From assembly GCA_951406725.2 (NCBI GenBank), contig OX597815.1:63736001-63800000 (forward strand): a stretch of 64,000 nt of DNA, in the 5' to 3' direction. Made by a program: the position numbers and the translations under genes. A model generated the notes under the pieces. That model did not search any database. It worked only from the letters and a program-made list of their open reading frames with translations, and was not told the DNA's origin. The DNA is from Octopus vulgaris. Its lineage: Eukaryota. Positions 11,180-24,029 of the stretch are shown piece by piece (within the stretch, counting starts at the first letter, position 1; each line of letters begins with the position of its first letter).

Positions 11180-13939
11180 TTGTTGGCATCCTTTTTGTCT
11201 CGGGAGACAATGGAGTTGCGCATAAAATAATCTAATCCGGCTTTTACATCTCATGTCCTAATATATTTCCTGCTGTGGCTGTGTAGTCCTATCCTGGATA
11301 AACACTCCCTCTGGCAGGTACCGCAAATGTAGCGAAGACTTTGCCTGGCTGGTTGTAATGTCATAGTTTCTTGTTCACGTCTTTTCTTGTCCCTCTATGT
11401 CACTCCTTTGTGTTCCCTCTTTTACGGTACGTCTCCAATCTCCACGGTTGCTGGCAACTGCTTCCCAGTTGCTAATATTGATGTTGCAGGCCTTCATGTC
11501 CCTTTTGCAAACATCCTTGTATCGTAAGAACGGTCTTCCCACAGACCTAGTGCCCCTAGCAAGCTCTCCGTAGAGTATGCCCTTGGGGATTCTGCCATCT
11601 TCACTACGGCTAACATGTCCAAGCCATCTCATACGTCTTTGTGTGAGGAGTGCAAATATGCTTGGTATTCCTGCTTGCTTGAGGACATCTTTGTTGAGGA
11701 CATGATTCTGCCATTTGATGCGAAGGATTTTCCGGAGGCAGCGCAGGTGAAAGATATTTAGGCGACGCTCTTGGATTGTGTATGGCGTCTAAGTCTCACT
11801 TCTATACAGTAGAGTGCTAAGTACACATGCCTGGTAAATCTTCATTTTTGTGGTCTCGATCAGCTTATTTTTGTCCCATGCCCGTTTGGAGAGTTGGGCC
11901 ATCACAGCAGCTGCCTTACCAATGCGTATATTGAGCTCAGCATCAAGGGATAGGTTGTAGGTGACGGTAGAGCCAAGATAGGTAAACCTCTCCACCTCCT
12001 GTAATCTGTAGTCTCCAATATGTATGTTTGGGATGTCCGATGTAGCCTGACCCATGATGTTGGTCTTCTTGAGGCTGATAACTAAGCCAAAGTCGTTACA
12101 TGCTTCTCAAAACAGTTGATGAGCCTTTGTAGGGCGGCTTCTGTGTGTGATACCAGAGCGGCATCATCAGCAAATAGCATCTCCTTGATCAGGACGCTTC
12201 TGATTTTGGTCTTGGCACGCAGGCGCGAGAGATTGAACAGTTTCCCGTAACTTCTACTGTGCAGAAACACTCCATCATCTGATGTCTGAAAGGCATGTGA
12301 GAGCAGCAGCGAGAAGATGCCAAATAATGTAGGAGCAAGGACACAACCTTGCTTTACCCCGTCTTTTATTTGGAAGGCGGCTGATGTTGAACCAATGTGC
12401 TGTATGGTGCCTTGCATATCATCATGAAAAGATTTGATGATCCTCAGTAGGTTTGGTGGACATCCGATTTTTTGGAGCAGGATGAAGAGGCCTTTTCTAC
12501 TTACCAAGTCAAAGGCCTTTGTCAGATCAATGAAGGCCATATATAATGGCATTTTCTGCTCCCTGAAGTTGGTGTACGGAGAATATCATGTCAATAGTTG
12601 ATCTGCTTCTTATAAAGCCACACTGCGATTCCGGATAAATTCGAGAAGCAAGCAGTTGTATCCTGGACAGGATAACGCGAGCAAAGGTCTTTCCAACAGT
12701 GCTTAGAAGAGATATTCCACGGTAATTGTTACAATCACCACGGTCACCTTTGTTTTTGTAAAGCGTAATGATGTTAGCATCCCGCATATCCTGAGGGACT
12801 GTGCCCTCCTCCCAGCACTGACACAGAAGGTCATGAAGGTGCCGAAGCAGGATGGTCTTTTTGCCGGCTTTGATGATCTCTGAGGGGATGCCGTCTTTTT
12901 CCGGAGCCTTGTTACTTGCTAGGGAGTCAATAGCCTTGGTGAGCTCTGCTATAGATGGCGGACTGTCAAGTTCGCACATGACTGGCAAGATCTTGACACT
13001 CTCGATTGCAGCCACAGCTACCGTGGTCTCCCGTGAGTAGAGGTCCTGGTAGTACTCCACCCATCTATTCATTTGCTTGCTTTGGTCCTTGATGAGATCT
13101 CCAGTAGTTGATTTCAGAGGGGCTGACTTGGTTGCGGATGGACCGAGGGCCTTCTTCAAACCGGCATACATCCCACGGGTGTCGCCACTGTAGCAGCTGA
13201 CTGGATACTCTGACAGATTTCCTGCCAATACCTATTTGCACAGCGTCTGGCTGTCAGTTGGGTTTTATTTCTTGCCTTTCTGAGTTCTTCGAGTGACTTT
13301 GTAGAAGAATCAATCTTGTATTACATCAGAGCTGCACGCTTTGCTTCGATTACTGGTTCCAGCTCTGAGAGCCCCGCACTGAACCAATCTGGGTTTTGCC
13401 TTTCTCTCATGCCGAAAGTATCTATTGATGTGGTATACAAAGCTTCCCTGACATAATTCCACTTACTTTCTGCAGAGGAGGTTGGGCAGCTACTTGAGGG
13501 CAACCTTGATAGAAACAGCAAAACATTTTCGCAGTGTAGGGTCCGAGGTTCTGGCAGTGTTAATGCGTGGTCGGCCCATTTTCTTGGAGTGATGGACTTT
13601 TTTTAGGCAGAATCCTCACCCTGCTTCTAATTAGTGAGTGATCTGTGTTACAATCCGCACTGTGGTAACTACGGGTCAGTTGGACAGAATTCAGAAAAGA
13701 TCTTCGTGTAATGTTGAGATCCAGCTGATGCCTGTGGTGAGATCTTGGATGTCTCCAAGATGCCTTGTGGGATGGCTTTTGGCAAAGAATGTGTTGGTGA
13801 TGCACAGGTTATGGTATGTGCAAAATTCAAGTAGTCTCTGACCATTGTCATTCATGTTGCCAATACCGAAGTGTCCAACAGAAATGGGCCACGAATCATG
13901 ATCAGATCCCACGCGAGCGTTAAAATCTCCTAGAAGGAG
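11180..13939 (-). mobile_element. RTE-clade (BovB-like) LINE, 5'-truncated, frameshifted APE endonuclease-RT
   Basis: LLGDFNARVG, HQLDL..SADCNTDHSL (APE), YKNKGDRGDCNNYRGISLL, PESQCGF, AFIDLTKAFDLV, GVKQGCVLAPTLF, MLFADD, FTYLGS, RWLGHVSR. The 3' end reads GGATGCCAACAA. Confidence 0.95.
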
Positions 13940-14727
13940 ATTTTAACCCAAGGATATGTTACACTTCTAAGAATTGTATGAAGTTTGATAGTCATAGCTT
14001 ATAAAGGATTGTGGTTCATTTATAATTTATTAGTCTTTTTTATCAACTACCAAATGTAAGGCTAGAGGACAGTGTCTGTTTAGAATGAAGGGGAGAAGTG
14101 AGTTGACAGTTTATAGTTTGGTATGGTCATAAATATTATCAGGGTTTTAGGATTTGTATAAGTAACTGTCCATAAAGGAGGCTAGGTAGGGGTAGATCCC
14201 AAATCAAGATGTTAATTATCAGTTAAAGGGATAAGACGCTAATAAAACCTATGATGTTAATGCAGAGGTAATTATCATGGGGTACTATGGATGATTGTAT
14301 ATAAAGAATATTGTTATGATGTATAAAGATAAATTTAAGATTACTAAAAATGATATTATAACCAGAATAGATAAAATGTGTATATATACCAATTTTCAAC
14401 ATTAGAAAGGGAAGATTACATAGAATTATTTTAATATTCATTCCTGTAATTAATTATTTACTTATTAGGTGGTTTTTATAAAGATTGATCTGGGTACTTA
14501 CTTAAGGAATACTGAGGCGATAAATCATGCCATCTTTATATTAATTATAAGCTAAGAATCTGATTCTTAGCTTAGACGATTTATTGAATATTTACTCTTT
14601 AGTATTTCATGATATTTTTATGTATTTTTTGTAGATATATCCATTAGAATGAGATATCAGTGTTATTTTCATTTTTGTGTAATTTAGACGACAATTTATT
14701 CACTGCATACTGCATACATTAATATAT

Positions 14728-14855
14728 ACGTCGGGCTTCTTTCGGTTACTGTCTACGAAATATACTCACAAGGCTTTAGCTACAGTAGAAGCTACGCAGT
14801 GGTACTGAACCCCAAAACATGTGGTTGGGAGGCAAACTTGATAGCACACAGCCAT
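14728..14855 (-). mobile_element. SINE family A head, decayed
   Basis: Reverse complement reads atggctgtgtg...cccaaccacatg...gggttcagtaccactgcg...gtagacagtaaccgaaagaagccc. Confidence 0.7.
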
Positions 14856-14874
14856 TGTGTCACTCTACTCACCT

Positions 14875-15149
14875 ACCGATGCTGTTATGTAGTGCTGATC
14901 ACAATGCGCTTTCTCTCATTGTTTTAGCTTTCAAATAATGCCATCCCGCTGGCTACGCAAACAGGTTAATAACCCACTCTCAACGAAGCACTAGTCTATT
15001 ACAGAGTTGCCCTTCTACAGGTGAGTGGACTGGAGCTGCATGAAATGAAGTGTTTTGCTCAAGAAGGCAACGCATCGCTGGGGCTGGAATCGAGACCACG
15101 TTCTTCCAATTGTGAGTGCTACATCCTAACCACTAGGTCACGCGCCTTC
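14875..15149 (-). mobile_element. tRNA-derived SINE (family C, OR-like)
   Basis: Reverse complement begins gaaggcgcgtgacctagtggttagg (A box)...gtctcgattcc (B box-like), followed by ttcttgagcaaaacacttca. Confidence 0.65.
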
Positions 15150-15150
15150 A

Positions 15151-15185
<35 letters not shown>

Positions 15186-15233
15186 ACATATGTAAAACAC
15201 GGTGGGACAGTGAGGGTAATAATAATAATAATA

Positions 15234-15302
<69 letters not shown>

Positions 15303-15339
15303 ATCATCATTAGCATCATCACCATGATAAAATCTTCAA

Positions 15340-15930
15340 GAATCATTGAGACATAGAGATATCCATGGTTTCCTGTCCAAAATGTTAATAATTTATTTCG
15401 CTATTTATCAAACTGGTAAAAACAAGAAAAAAGTTTAGTGACTGAGTTCGATGACTCAGACCTGTCCTGAATGCACATGCAGAGATAAATCTAAGAGCCC
15501 TCAAGGGCTTGCATGCGATATATCCTCCGTTGTTTATGAATCACAGGTATAATTAAACTATGGCAATAGCTGGACAAAGATCAAGCTTTATATTGGATCC
15601 GTGAAAAGAAAATCTAAATCCAGAAACCACAACAGTCTTTCAACCTTTAAGCACTCCGAGAAGAGATATGCAACAACCCTCTCAGCATTAATCTGGAGAC
15701 TTAAGGACGAGAACATCAACTTCAAATCAAAGATCCTTTTTAAGACCAAATCTTATATAAATGGGTCAAAAAGATATTCCGTACGCTCTCCTGAAAAAAC
15801 TGTACCTTAAAGAAAAGCCTAATAACCCCCAGTAATTGTGTAAATATAAAGGGCGAGATTTTTTCTTCATGTCAGCATTTTACAAAATAAATCTTAGCAG
15901 AAATTAAGGATAAACTACTGGACACATCTT
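15340..15930 (+). mobile_element. Penelope-like element (Naiad-like) GIY-YIG endonuclease remnant
   Basis: CTCRDKS..., SSVVYESQV, KLYIGSVKRKSKSRNHNSLSTFKH...TTLSALIWRLKD...SYINGSKR. Confidence 0.65.
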
Positions 15931-16089
15931 AAACCATTCCAGTATAATTTTTGGTATTCGTAAGATACTGATTATATCTACTCCGAAGTTGATTCTCCCA
16001 CACCTCTGTTTGTCTCTGCCATTTTAATGAACTAAAAAGAACGGCTGAAATAAATTGAGGGTCGGAAGAGCCAGGAGTCCCTGCACGGA

Positions 16090-16445
16090 CAATATATTCT
16101 CCGACGTCAAAATGCTGATGTTGACGAAGAAACAACTCATCAATGGCTGCGGATTTCAGGATTGAAAGTAGAGATTTAAGGCAGCATAAGACTACAGCTT
16201 GTTTACTAGAAATTACCAGGCTAACGTTCTAAAAAGATTTTTAAAAACAATACCGACTTAAAATGCAGGTTCTACAAGAAATTTGATGGATCAAACAGCC
16301 ATTTTATTTCAGGCTGTTCTATGCTAAGATCAGAGGAATATAAAAATCGCCGCGAAAGGGTACGACGGTCTTTACATTGGAAAATATGTAATCGCCCTCA
16401 ATTCGACACTCCTGCTAACTAGTGTGAACACCTTCCTGTTGTTTG
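16090..16445 (+). mobile_element. R2/R4-group LINE fragment (CCHC knuckle region)
   Basis: THQWLR...TRNYQANVLK...KCRFYKKF..SHFISGCSML..EYKNRRERVRRSLHWKIC. Confidence 0.65.
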
Positions 16446-16558
16446 ATGAATTGCCTTACTAAATAATTGTATTTTAGGGTAAGTAGCGCTGTATTATACG
16501 ATCGATTATCCCATAATATAATTCCTGTGTGGAACCAGCGAGACGGTATGTGATTTGC

Positions 16559-16786
16559 GGCGAGCTGGCAGAAACGTTAGCACGCCGGGCGAAATGCGTA
16601 GCCGTATTTCGTCTGCCGTTCCGTTCTGAGTTCAAATTCCGCCGAGGTCGACTTTGCCTTTCATCTTTTCGGGGTCGATAAATTAAGTACCAGTTACGCA
16701 CTGGGGTCGATATAATCGACTTAATCCGTTTGTCTGTCCTTGTTTGTCCTCTCTGTGTTTAGCCCCTTGTGTGTAGTAAAGAAATA
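16559..16786 (+). mobile_element. Young tRNA-derived SINE (family B) with perfect 14-bp TSD
   Basis: ggcgagctggcagaaacg...gagttcaaattcc (B box)...gcctttcatc.tttcggggtcgataaa. GGTATGTGATTTGC occurs at 16545-16558 and 16787-16800. Confidence 0.9.
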
Positions 16787-17189
16787 GGTATGTGATTTGC
16801 TTGATCTTTTAAATTATAATTACAGTTCATCTGAAGGGCTCCCACAAGGTGCTAAAAGGCTGGTTTCTGATGCTGTGCAGAAAGTCCGAACCTAGTATCT
16901 GACGAATCTAAGATTACGGGACGAGCTTTTTAACCATTCGGCTATGCCTTTAGTCACCATGCGTGGTTATATAAAACACAACGTCATACTTTGTATACTA
17001 CAGCTGATCACGATATCTGGAACTACAAAAATCTGCATGGCTTTCTTAAGATGCATCAACAACCTTGCAGACAAATCTAAGTCAAAATTAAAAAGAGAAA
17101 AATAGCATACATTCATACATTCGTACATACACACGCATATACCTACGTACGTAGAAACAAACATGCATACATACATATATAAATACATA

Positions 17190-17650
17190 CGTAGTGTAGG
17201 GAATAAATACAGAGAATACCCCTGTTGAATACATACGCAAATATCAACGCAAGGAATACTGATGGGCCATTCCCATTAAAGCTTCTGTCAAGTGTAAACA
17301 TAACAGGTTGGATGTAGTTGCTTGGGGCGAACAAGAAAATGTATGTATCGTCATAAAGGTCAACTGCCCTTCTGATGTGAATATGCGTTCGAAAATCAAA
17401 GCGAAACAGGAAATCTATGGACAACTGCTTCGAAATCTCTAGCTTCCATAACGAAGTTACAAATTCACAATTATAACAATAATAATTCGTTCATTTGATT
17501 TTGTGACTAATTACCTAAGCGACAACCTAGATAAGCTAAGGTTTTCAGAAAGGGAAATCTACCATCTATCTCGCACATTACGAATACAGTCTGTAAGTGG
17601 AAGTTTAAATTGTGACATTTTTTATATACGTTCCAACGATGGCGAGATCA
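17190..17650 (+). mobile_element. R4/Dong-like LINE 3' fragment (RLE domain)
   Basis: KCKHNRLDVVAW..ENVCIVIKVNCPSDVN. Similar to 20030-20350 and 44940-45290. Confidence 0.7.
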
Positions 17651-18814
17651 TACATGCATACATACAAACAAATATACATGCATGCATGCATACATACATA
17701 CATACATACATACATACATACAGTGTGGTTTGGTTATAGGAAGGCATTCGACTCAATTCCTTACTCATGGCTGCTGAAGTGTCTATATTTGGCCAATGTG
17801 CCTGCTCCCTTAACCGCTGCCATTGAGAAGCAGAACAACAATTCTTACATTTAGAACTGAGAGCGGAATGATCGTCTCCAATATTGTAAATATTTCAAAG
17901 GAAATATTCAAAAGAGATTGTGCTTCTATAATTCGGTTTATTTTGGCATTAAATCCATTATCATTTCTGCTACGAAAATCAAATGGTTACGTGCTAGGGT
18001 CTGCAACTGCTAGAGTTATTAATGTATCTCATAATTTCTTAGTGACTGACCTCAAGATTTATGCTAAAAATCTTAAGAATGTTAAAAAGTATTTGGAATT
18101 AATAATAACATTTTCAGCTGACATGGGAATAAAACTTGGCCATAAGAAATGTTCCTGTTTAATTGCTGAACGGGGACAATCAGTTCCCCAGGCCTAAATC
18201 TTCTGCATCAACAGTTTCACAATCTCTCTTATATTACACAAAGAAGGCTACGATTACTAGGCATTGATGAAAAGATATCATACGAAGATTCTGTAAATAA
18301 AGACAGTGACACGATAATATTATACCAAACCTAGAAGCACATGACAGTCGGAACTCTCCTCTTACAACAAGACAATATCCCACCATGCACTTGCAGTACC
18401 AGTGCTGATTCCAACATTTGGGATACTTGACTAATCTGTAGAGAAAATCCACTTCATAGACGTTAAAACTCGAAAGATACTGATATCAGTTGGGAATCTC
18501 CAAAGAAATAGTGATATTGACAGGCCTTACCTAAGACGCAACAAAGGAGGCAGGGGCTTGAGATCAAAGCAGACAATCTTCGAATGTGACATAGTCTCTC
18601 TCAGACAGCCCTTGCTAAACAACATCATCAAAACTAAAAATATTAACTCGAAAGCGCATGGGTGGCTTGGTGATAAGAAGCTTCCTTCCTAACCGTACGG
18701 TTCCGGGTTCAATCCCACTGCGTGATAACTTCGGCAAGTGTCTTCTACTATAGCCTCGGGCCGACCAAAGCCTTATGAGTGGCTTTGGTAGACAGAAACT
18801 GAAAGAAGCTCTTC

Positions 18815-18867
<53 letters not shown>

Positions 18868-18955
18868 ATAATAAATATTAGGGAATAAATCCAAATTTAC
18901 AGGGAAAAAAATCAGATTTAGGATTAAATCCAATTTTATAGTAAAATATTATATA

Positions 18956-19147
18956 ATATTATTAGAGACAAAACCACTATTTTGCAAAACAAACAAGGAA
19001 AGACTTAATCAATACATAAAATTTTAATAAAAAGTAAAAAAAACCGCCACTACAATTGTTTCTTGTCCTGATCGACAATCTTCAGGTGGACTTCCAATTT
19101 TCAAGTCAGTTTCCTTGTTTGTTTTGCAAAATAGTGGTTTTGTCTCT

Positions 19148-19155
<8 letters not shown>
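18956..19155. repeat. 46-bp perfect inverted repeat enclosing a hammerhead (PLE-type inverted pLTR module)
   Basis: atattattagagacaaaaccactattttgcaaaacaaacaaggaaa (18956-19001) is the reverse complement of 19110-19155. Confidence 0.9.
19047..19089 (-). ncRNA. Minimal type I hammerhead ribozyme with intact core
   Basis: Minus strand CCAC-CTGAAGA-TTGTC gatcag GACAA-GAA-ACAATTGT-A-GTGG. All core nucleotides are present and stem III is palindromic. Confidence 0.9.
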
Positions 19156-19180
<25 letters not shown>

Positions 19181-20971
19181 CGACGTGCTTATATATGTAT
19201 GTATGTATTTGTCTGTTTATCCCACCACTACCATCGCTTAACAACCGATGTTGGTGTGTTTACATCCCCGTAACATAGCTGTTCAGCAAAAGACCCGATA
19301 GAATAAGTACCAGGCTTACAAAGAATAAGTTCTGGGACCGATTTGTTCGACTAAAAGGTGGTGCTCCAGCTTGGCCGCAGTCAGATGACTGAAATAAGTA
19401 AAAGAATAGAAGATTAGAATAACTCAGTGTTGAAAAGTGACAGGAACAATATCCTACGTATCAGCAGTGAGCTCTTCAGGAGCTCCTCTTCCTGATGACC
19501 TTCCATGCAACTCCCAAAACAGCCAGACTAACATACCTCAAAGAAGATATGGATGTGAAACGCTCAGCATGCCATAAAAAAAATAATAATTAATAAATAC
19601 TATGTATGTATAAGTTTCCCCAAGACTTGAAGAAGACAATGATATCGATATGGAGCGAAGCCTTTCTTGGACTCGTGTCTACTAATTCACATCACACTTC
19701 CAAGGCTATGCATTTGCAGTCCAAGAATAGGACATCGGTACTAAATAGCTAATAAACAAAACTGACAGTTGAGTTCTTGGAGCTCCAAGAGGCAACCGAA
19801 AATGTAAATTATATCATATTTTATGGGAAACACCACTCATGTGATTAGCAGCTACCCAAGCATGTCATCAAAGTACTATCTCGCTATGCGAATGATGCTG
19901 TTACAAGCAAACATTATACAATGCCATTCGGAAAAAAAAGACTCTCTTGGAATAAATATAGAGAATGCCCATAGCATGAAATATATACAGAAATATCAGC
20001 ACAAAGAATACTGATGGAACATTCTCAACGAAATTCTGTCAAGTGTAAGCATAACAGGCCAGATATTGTTGTTTGGAGCAGACAAGAAAACGTATGTACC
20101 GTCATAGAAGTCAGCTATCCTGCAGATTTGATACTTCCAGCTTCTATATCCAGATTATAAATTCACATTTATACCAGTATTATTGGTGCACTTGGTTTTG
20201 CAAAGAAATGCCTAAGTGACAATCTGTACAAGCTAAGGTTTTCAGAAAAAGAAATCAGCACATTTTAAATACATTCTGGAAGTGGGACTGTAAAAATAAA
20301 CAGTTTGAAATGTGGTGGTGTTCTTGCTATCTACATTCCAATGATAGAGCTTTGTATCTTTGGTAGAAAACAGCACCTTCCTCGAAGGAAGAATTTAAAT
20401 AACTAAAAACAGAAGAGAACATGAATACACACACATACATATATACATAACATACACACATACATATATTCATAGGCACAAATATACATACTTAAGTACA
20501 TATGTAACTATATACATACATGCTTATATATATACAAACTTTATACACTAAGATCAATAGATGCATACATATATAGACATGCATACAAAAATACATGCGT
20601 ACATATGTACAAAGAACGTATATGCATACTAGTATGCGTACATGCTACAACACATAAATAATTACATACATAGATACAAATACACAGGGATACAAAAATA
20701 CGTATTCACACACATTTATGTAAAGATATATGCTGACAAATATACATACACATATATCATATATGCAAGTATGTATACGTATGTATATATATATGTGTGT
20801 GTATGTGTGTATATATATATATACATACATATATGTATATACATATATATATGCATATATATCTATATACATATATATATGCATATATATGTATATACAT
20901 ATGTATATATATATATATGTATATACATATATTTATGTATATATATATATATATGTATATACATATACATA

Positions 20972-21004
<33 letters not shown>

Positions 21005-21190
21005 ATATATGTATGTATCTGTTTATGTACGTATGCATATGTATTCATATGTATATATATATTCACATTTACCAATGTATGCATGTATATGAATATATAT
21101 ATGCACGCAGACATGCAGGCATACATATATGCAAAAAAAAATATATATATGAATATATACACATACGTATTTACATGTGTACGTGTGTGT

Positions 21191-21230
<40 letters not shown>

Positions 21231-22570
21231 GTGTGCCTGTTATGTTTTAGTCGATGTTTCCGTGTCGCCAGATATTTTGTGAGCTGAGCCCGCTGGGAGG
21301 AAATCGATGCTGGAATCTAATGAAGAAATAGCCTAATGCACGGAAGTTGTATACTGTATGGTGTGGGAGGCGGTGGCGTTGTTAGCGGTGCTGGTGGGCG
21401 ACGGTGGTGGCTGTAGTAGTGGAGGGTGGCAGGGGGCGGTAGTCTCCGCCCCCCACTCATTTTTAAATAATCGTCAATAGACGTGTGTGGCGATGTGGTG
21501 CGTGTACTGGGCTGGTGCTGTTGGTGGTTCCTTCCATTAGGGATAATGTCTAACAACTACAAACAATACCAATAACAATCAATAAACAACAACAGACATC
21601 TAATCATCATCATCATCATCGTCGTCGTCGTCGTCATGATCACCATCATCATCGTCATTATTATCCTCGTTATCATTACTATCTTCACCACCATCACCAC
21701 CACAAACATCATCATCATTATCATCGTGGTTGTCGTTATCGTCTTCGTCGTCATCGTCATCATCATCATCTTCATCACACCGTTGCTATTTTCAGTACTT
21801 TGTCGTAGCCGATTTTAAAGGCAGTGCGCCACCACCAACAACAACAACAGCAACGATAAGAACCACAGTCATCATCATCATAAACATCAGTTATGCCATA
21901 TTCATCAAACCATGCCTACCACCCCATCGCATCCACTACCAGCAGCAGCAGCAGCAACCGAATCTGTCACAACAATTGAACAAAAATATCATATTAACAA
22001 GTTTCGCACTAATTGCACAACCACCATCCCTAGTAGTACATGATATCAAAATGTGACTAAGGCCTAGTCTCCACATTCGCCACCGTCGTCATTACTGAAA
22101 ACCTCTATAACCCACGGCAATTATGGGACCTCTGATAAAAGAACTATATAGTCTGAGGTAAACTTATGTCTGTAATGACGGGATGGTCATGGATTGGATA
22201 CTTTTAATCATAGACCTACCTGGTAGGATGTTAGCAGGGGTTGACGTAGTACTAGTAGCAGTAACAGCAGCAGCAGCAGCACTAGTAGTAGTAGTAGTAG
22301 TTGAAGAAGAAGAAGAAGGGGATGATGGTTACAATAACAAGTGAATTTTTGCCCCTTGTCCCATGAAGTTCGCATCCTACTCAAGAACTTGATCTCTGTT
22401 CTGTCTTATTCATAATTTTTAAGCCAATGAAGATGCCCCTAGGTCATCGCAGGACCTGAGAAAAATAGAAGCCAAATTGTATATTGTTGTATTCAAATGA
22501 AGTACACACTAGATAATAAAGAAGCAGATGTATTTATAAATTGGCTGGCACCGTTTTGTTCTTCGAAAAT

Positions 22571-22880
22571 ATTGCTTTCAAGGTTTGGCTCAAGGCCAGC
22601 AATTTAGGATGAAGGATAGGTCGATTAGATCGGCCTCAGTGCGCAACTGGTACTTATTTTATCGTTCCCGAAATGAAGAAAGGCAAAGTCGACCTCAGCG
22701 GAATTTGAACTCAGAACGGAAAGACCGGCGAAATGCTGCTAAGTATTTTCCCCGATGTTCAGGGGTGGCGGAAAGACGATTACATTGACCCCATTACGCA
22801 ACTAGTACTTATTTTATCGACCCTCGAAAGTCACCCCCGGTGGAACTTGAACTCAGAACGAGAAGACAAACGAAATGTCG
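22571..22880 (-). mobile_element. Two tandem SINE family B copies
   Basis: aaggcaaagtcgacctcagcggaatttgaactcagaac and a second, decayed ggaacttgaactcagaacg. Confidence 0.75.
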
Positions 22881-23092
22881 GTCGCAGCCTTACAATTTCG
22901 AAAATATTCAAGTATTTGTTACATCAGTTAGGAATGGAAGAGACGTTAGTGTATAATTTCGGCTTCATTTCTATTCTACAGGCAATTATTTTAATTCTGA
23001 AATTAGATTGGCCTCAGTTTTGAACCATTTAAATTGTTTTCTTGCATTTTTACCTGACACGTGAGTGTTTACACGAAAAAAGTGTCTCCATT

Positions 23093-23339
23093 TTTATCTT
23101 TTGTCTTTTACTTGTTTCAATCATTGGGTTGCGACCTTGCAGGAGCACTGCTTCGAAGTGTTTAGACGAACAAATGAACTCAGGTTCTTCCTTTTAAGCC
23201 TGGTACTTATTCTATCGTTCACTTTTGCCAAACCGCTAGGTTAGGGGGAAGTAAACAAACCAACAACAGTTGTCAAGCGATAGTGGGTGAGAAACACAGA
23301 CACACACGTACACATATACATAGATACATACATACATAT

Positions 23340-23378
<39 letters not shown>

Positions 23379-23514
23379 GGTTGCTTCCCAACCACATGGT
23401 TCCGGTTCCAGTCCCACTGTGTAGCATCTTAGGCAAGTGTCTCCTACTATAGCCTCGGGCCGACCAAAACCTTGCGAGTGGATTTGGCAGGCGGAAACTG
23501 AAAGAAGCCCGTAG

Positions 23515-23551
<37 letters not shown>

Positions 23552-23575
23552 TTGTGTGTGTTCTCCCACCATCGC
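23093..23575. mobile_element. SINE family A tail (minus, 23093-23310) and head (plus, 23379-23575) joined by a microsatellite
   Basis: Matches other family A copies in opposite orientations. Confidence 0.75.
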
Positions 23576-23679
23576 TAATTTAATTTAACTTATTTTATGC
23601 ACTTTAGGTATTAATGAATTTATGACGTCATGAACATATTACGAAACCAGTTCAGTGTTCCTCAGGCCTTAAATTAACT

Positions 23680-24025
23680 TTTCTACTGGTAGCACAAGGC
23701 CTCAAATTTGGGGGAAGGGATTAAGTCGATTACATCGTTCCCGAAATGATGAAAGGCAAAGTCGACCACGGCGGAATTTGAACTCAGAACGTAGCGCAGA
23801 CGAAATAACTATTTCTTTACTGCCGACAAGGGGCTAAACACAGAGGGGACAAACAAGGACAGACAAACGGATTAAGTCGATTATATCGACGCCAGTGCGT
23901 AACTGGTACTTATTTAGTCAACCCCTAAAGGATGAAAGGCAAAGTTGACCTCGGCGGAATTTGAACTCAGAACGTAACGGCAGACGAAATACCGCTAAGC
24001 ATTTCACCCGGCGTTCTTACGATTG
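23680..24025 (-). mobile_element. Two adjacent or nested SINE family B copies
   Basis: Two gaaaggcaaagt.gacc.cggcggaatttgaactcagaacgta blocks. The second has the same variant tail as 16559-16786. Confidence 0.8.
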
Positions 24026-24029
24026 TTAA

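Larger units (their letters stand above)
18654..19412 (+). mobile_element. SINE family A, with a PLE-like module nested in its internal (TA)n
   Basis: Head gcgcatgggtggcttggtgataagaagctt...gggttcaatccc, tail ggtgctccagcttggccgcagtcagatgactgaaataagtaaaagaata. The LINE sequence resumes after it. Confidence 0.85.
17721..20415 (+). mobile_element. R4/Dong-like RLE LINE, 5'-truncated, interrupted by a SINE
   Basis: VVWL/YRKAFDSIPYSWL, ILALNPLSFLL, HNFLVTDLKIYAK (decayed YxDD), YLRRNKGGRGL, HVISSYPSM, KCKHNRPDIVVW, IEVSYPAD. Confidence 0.85.
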
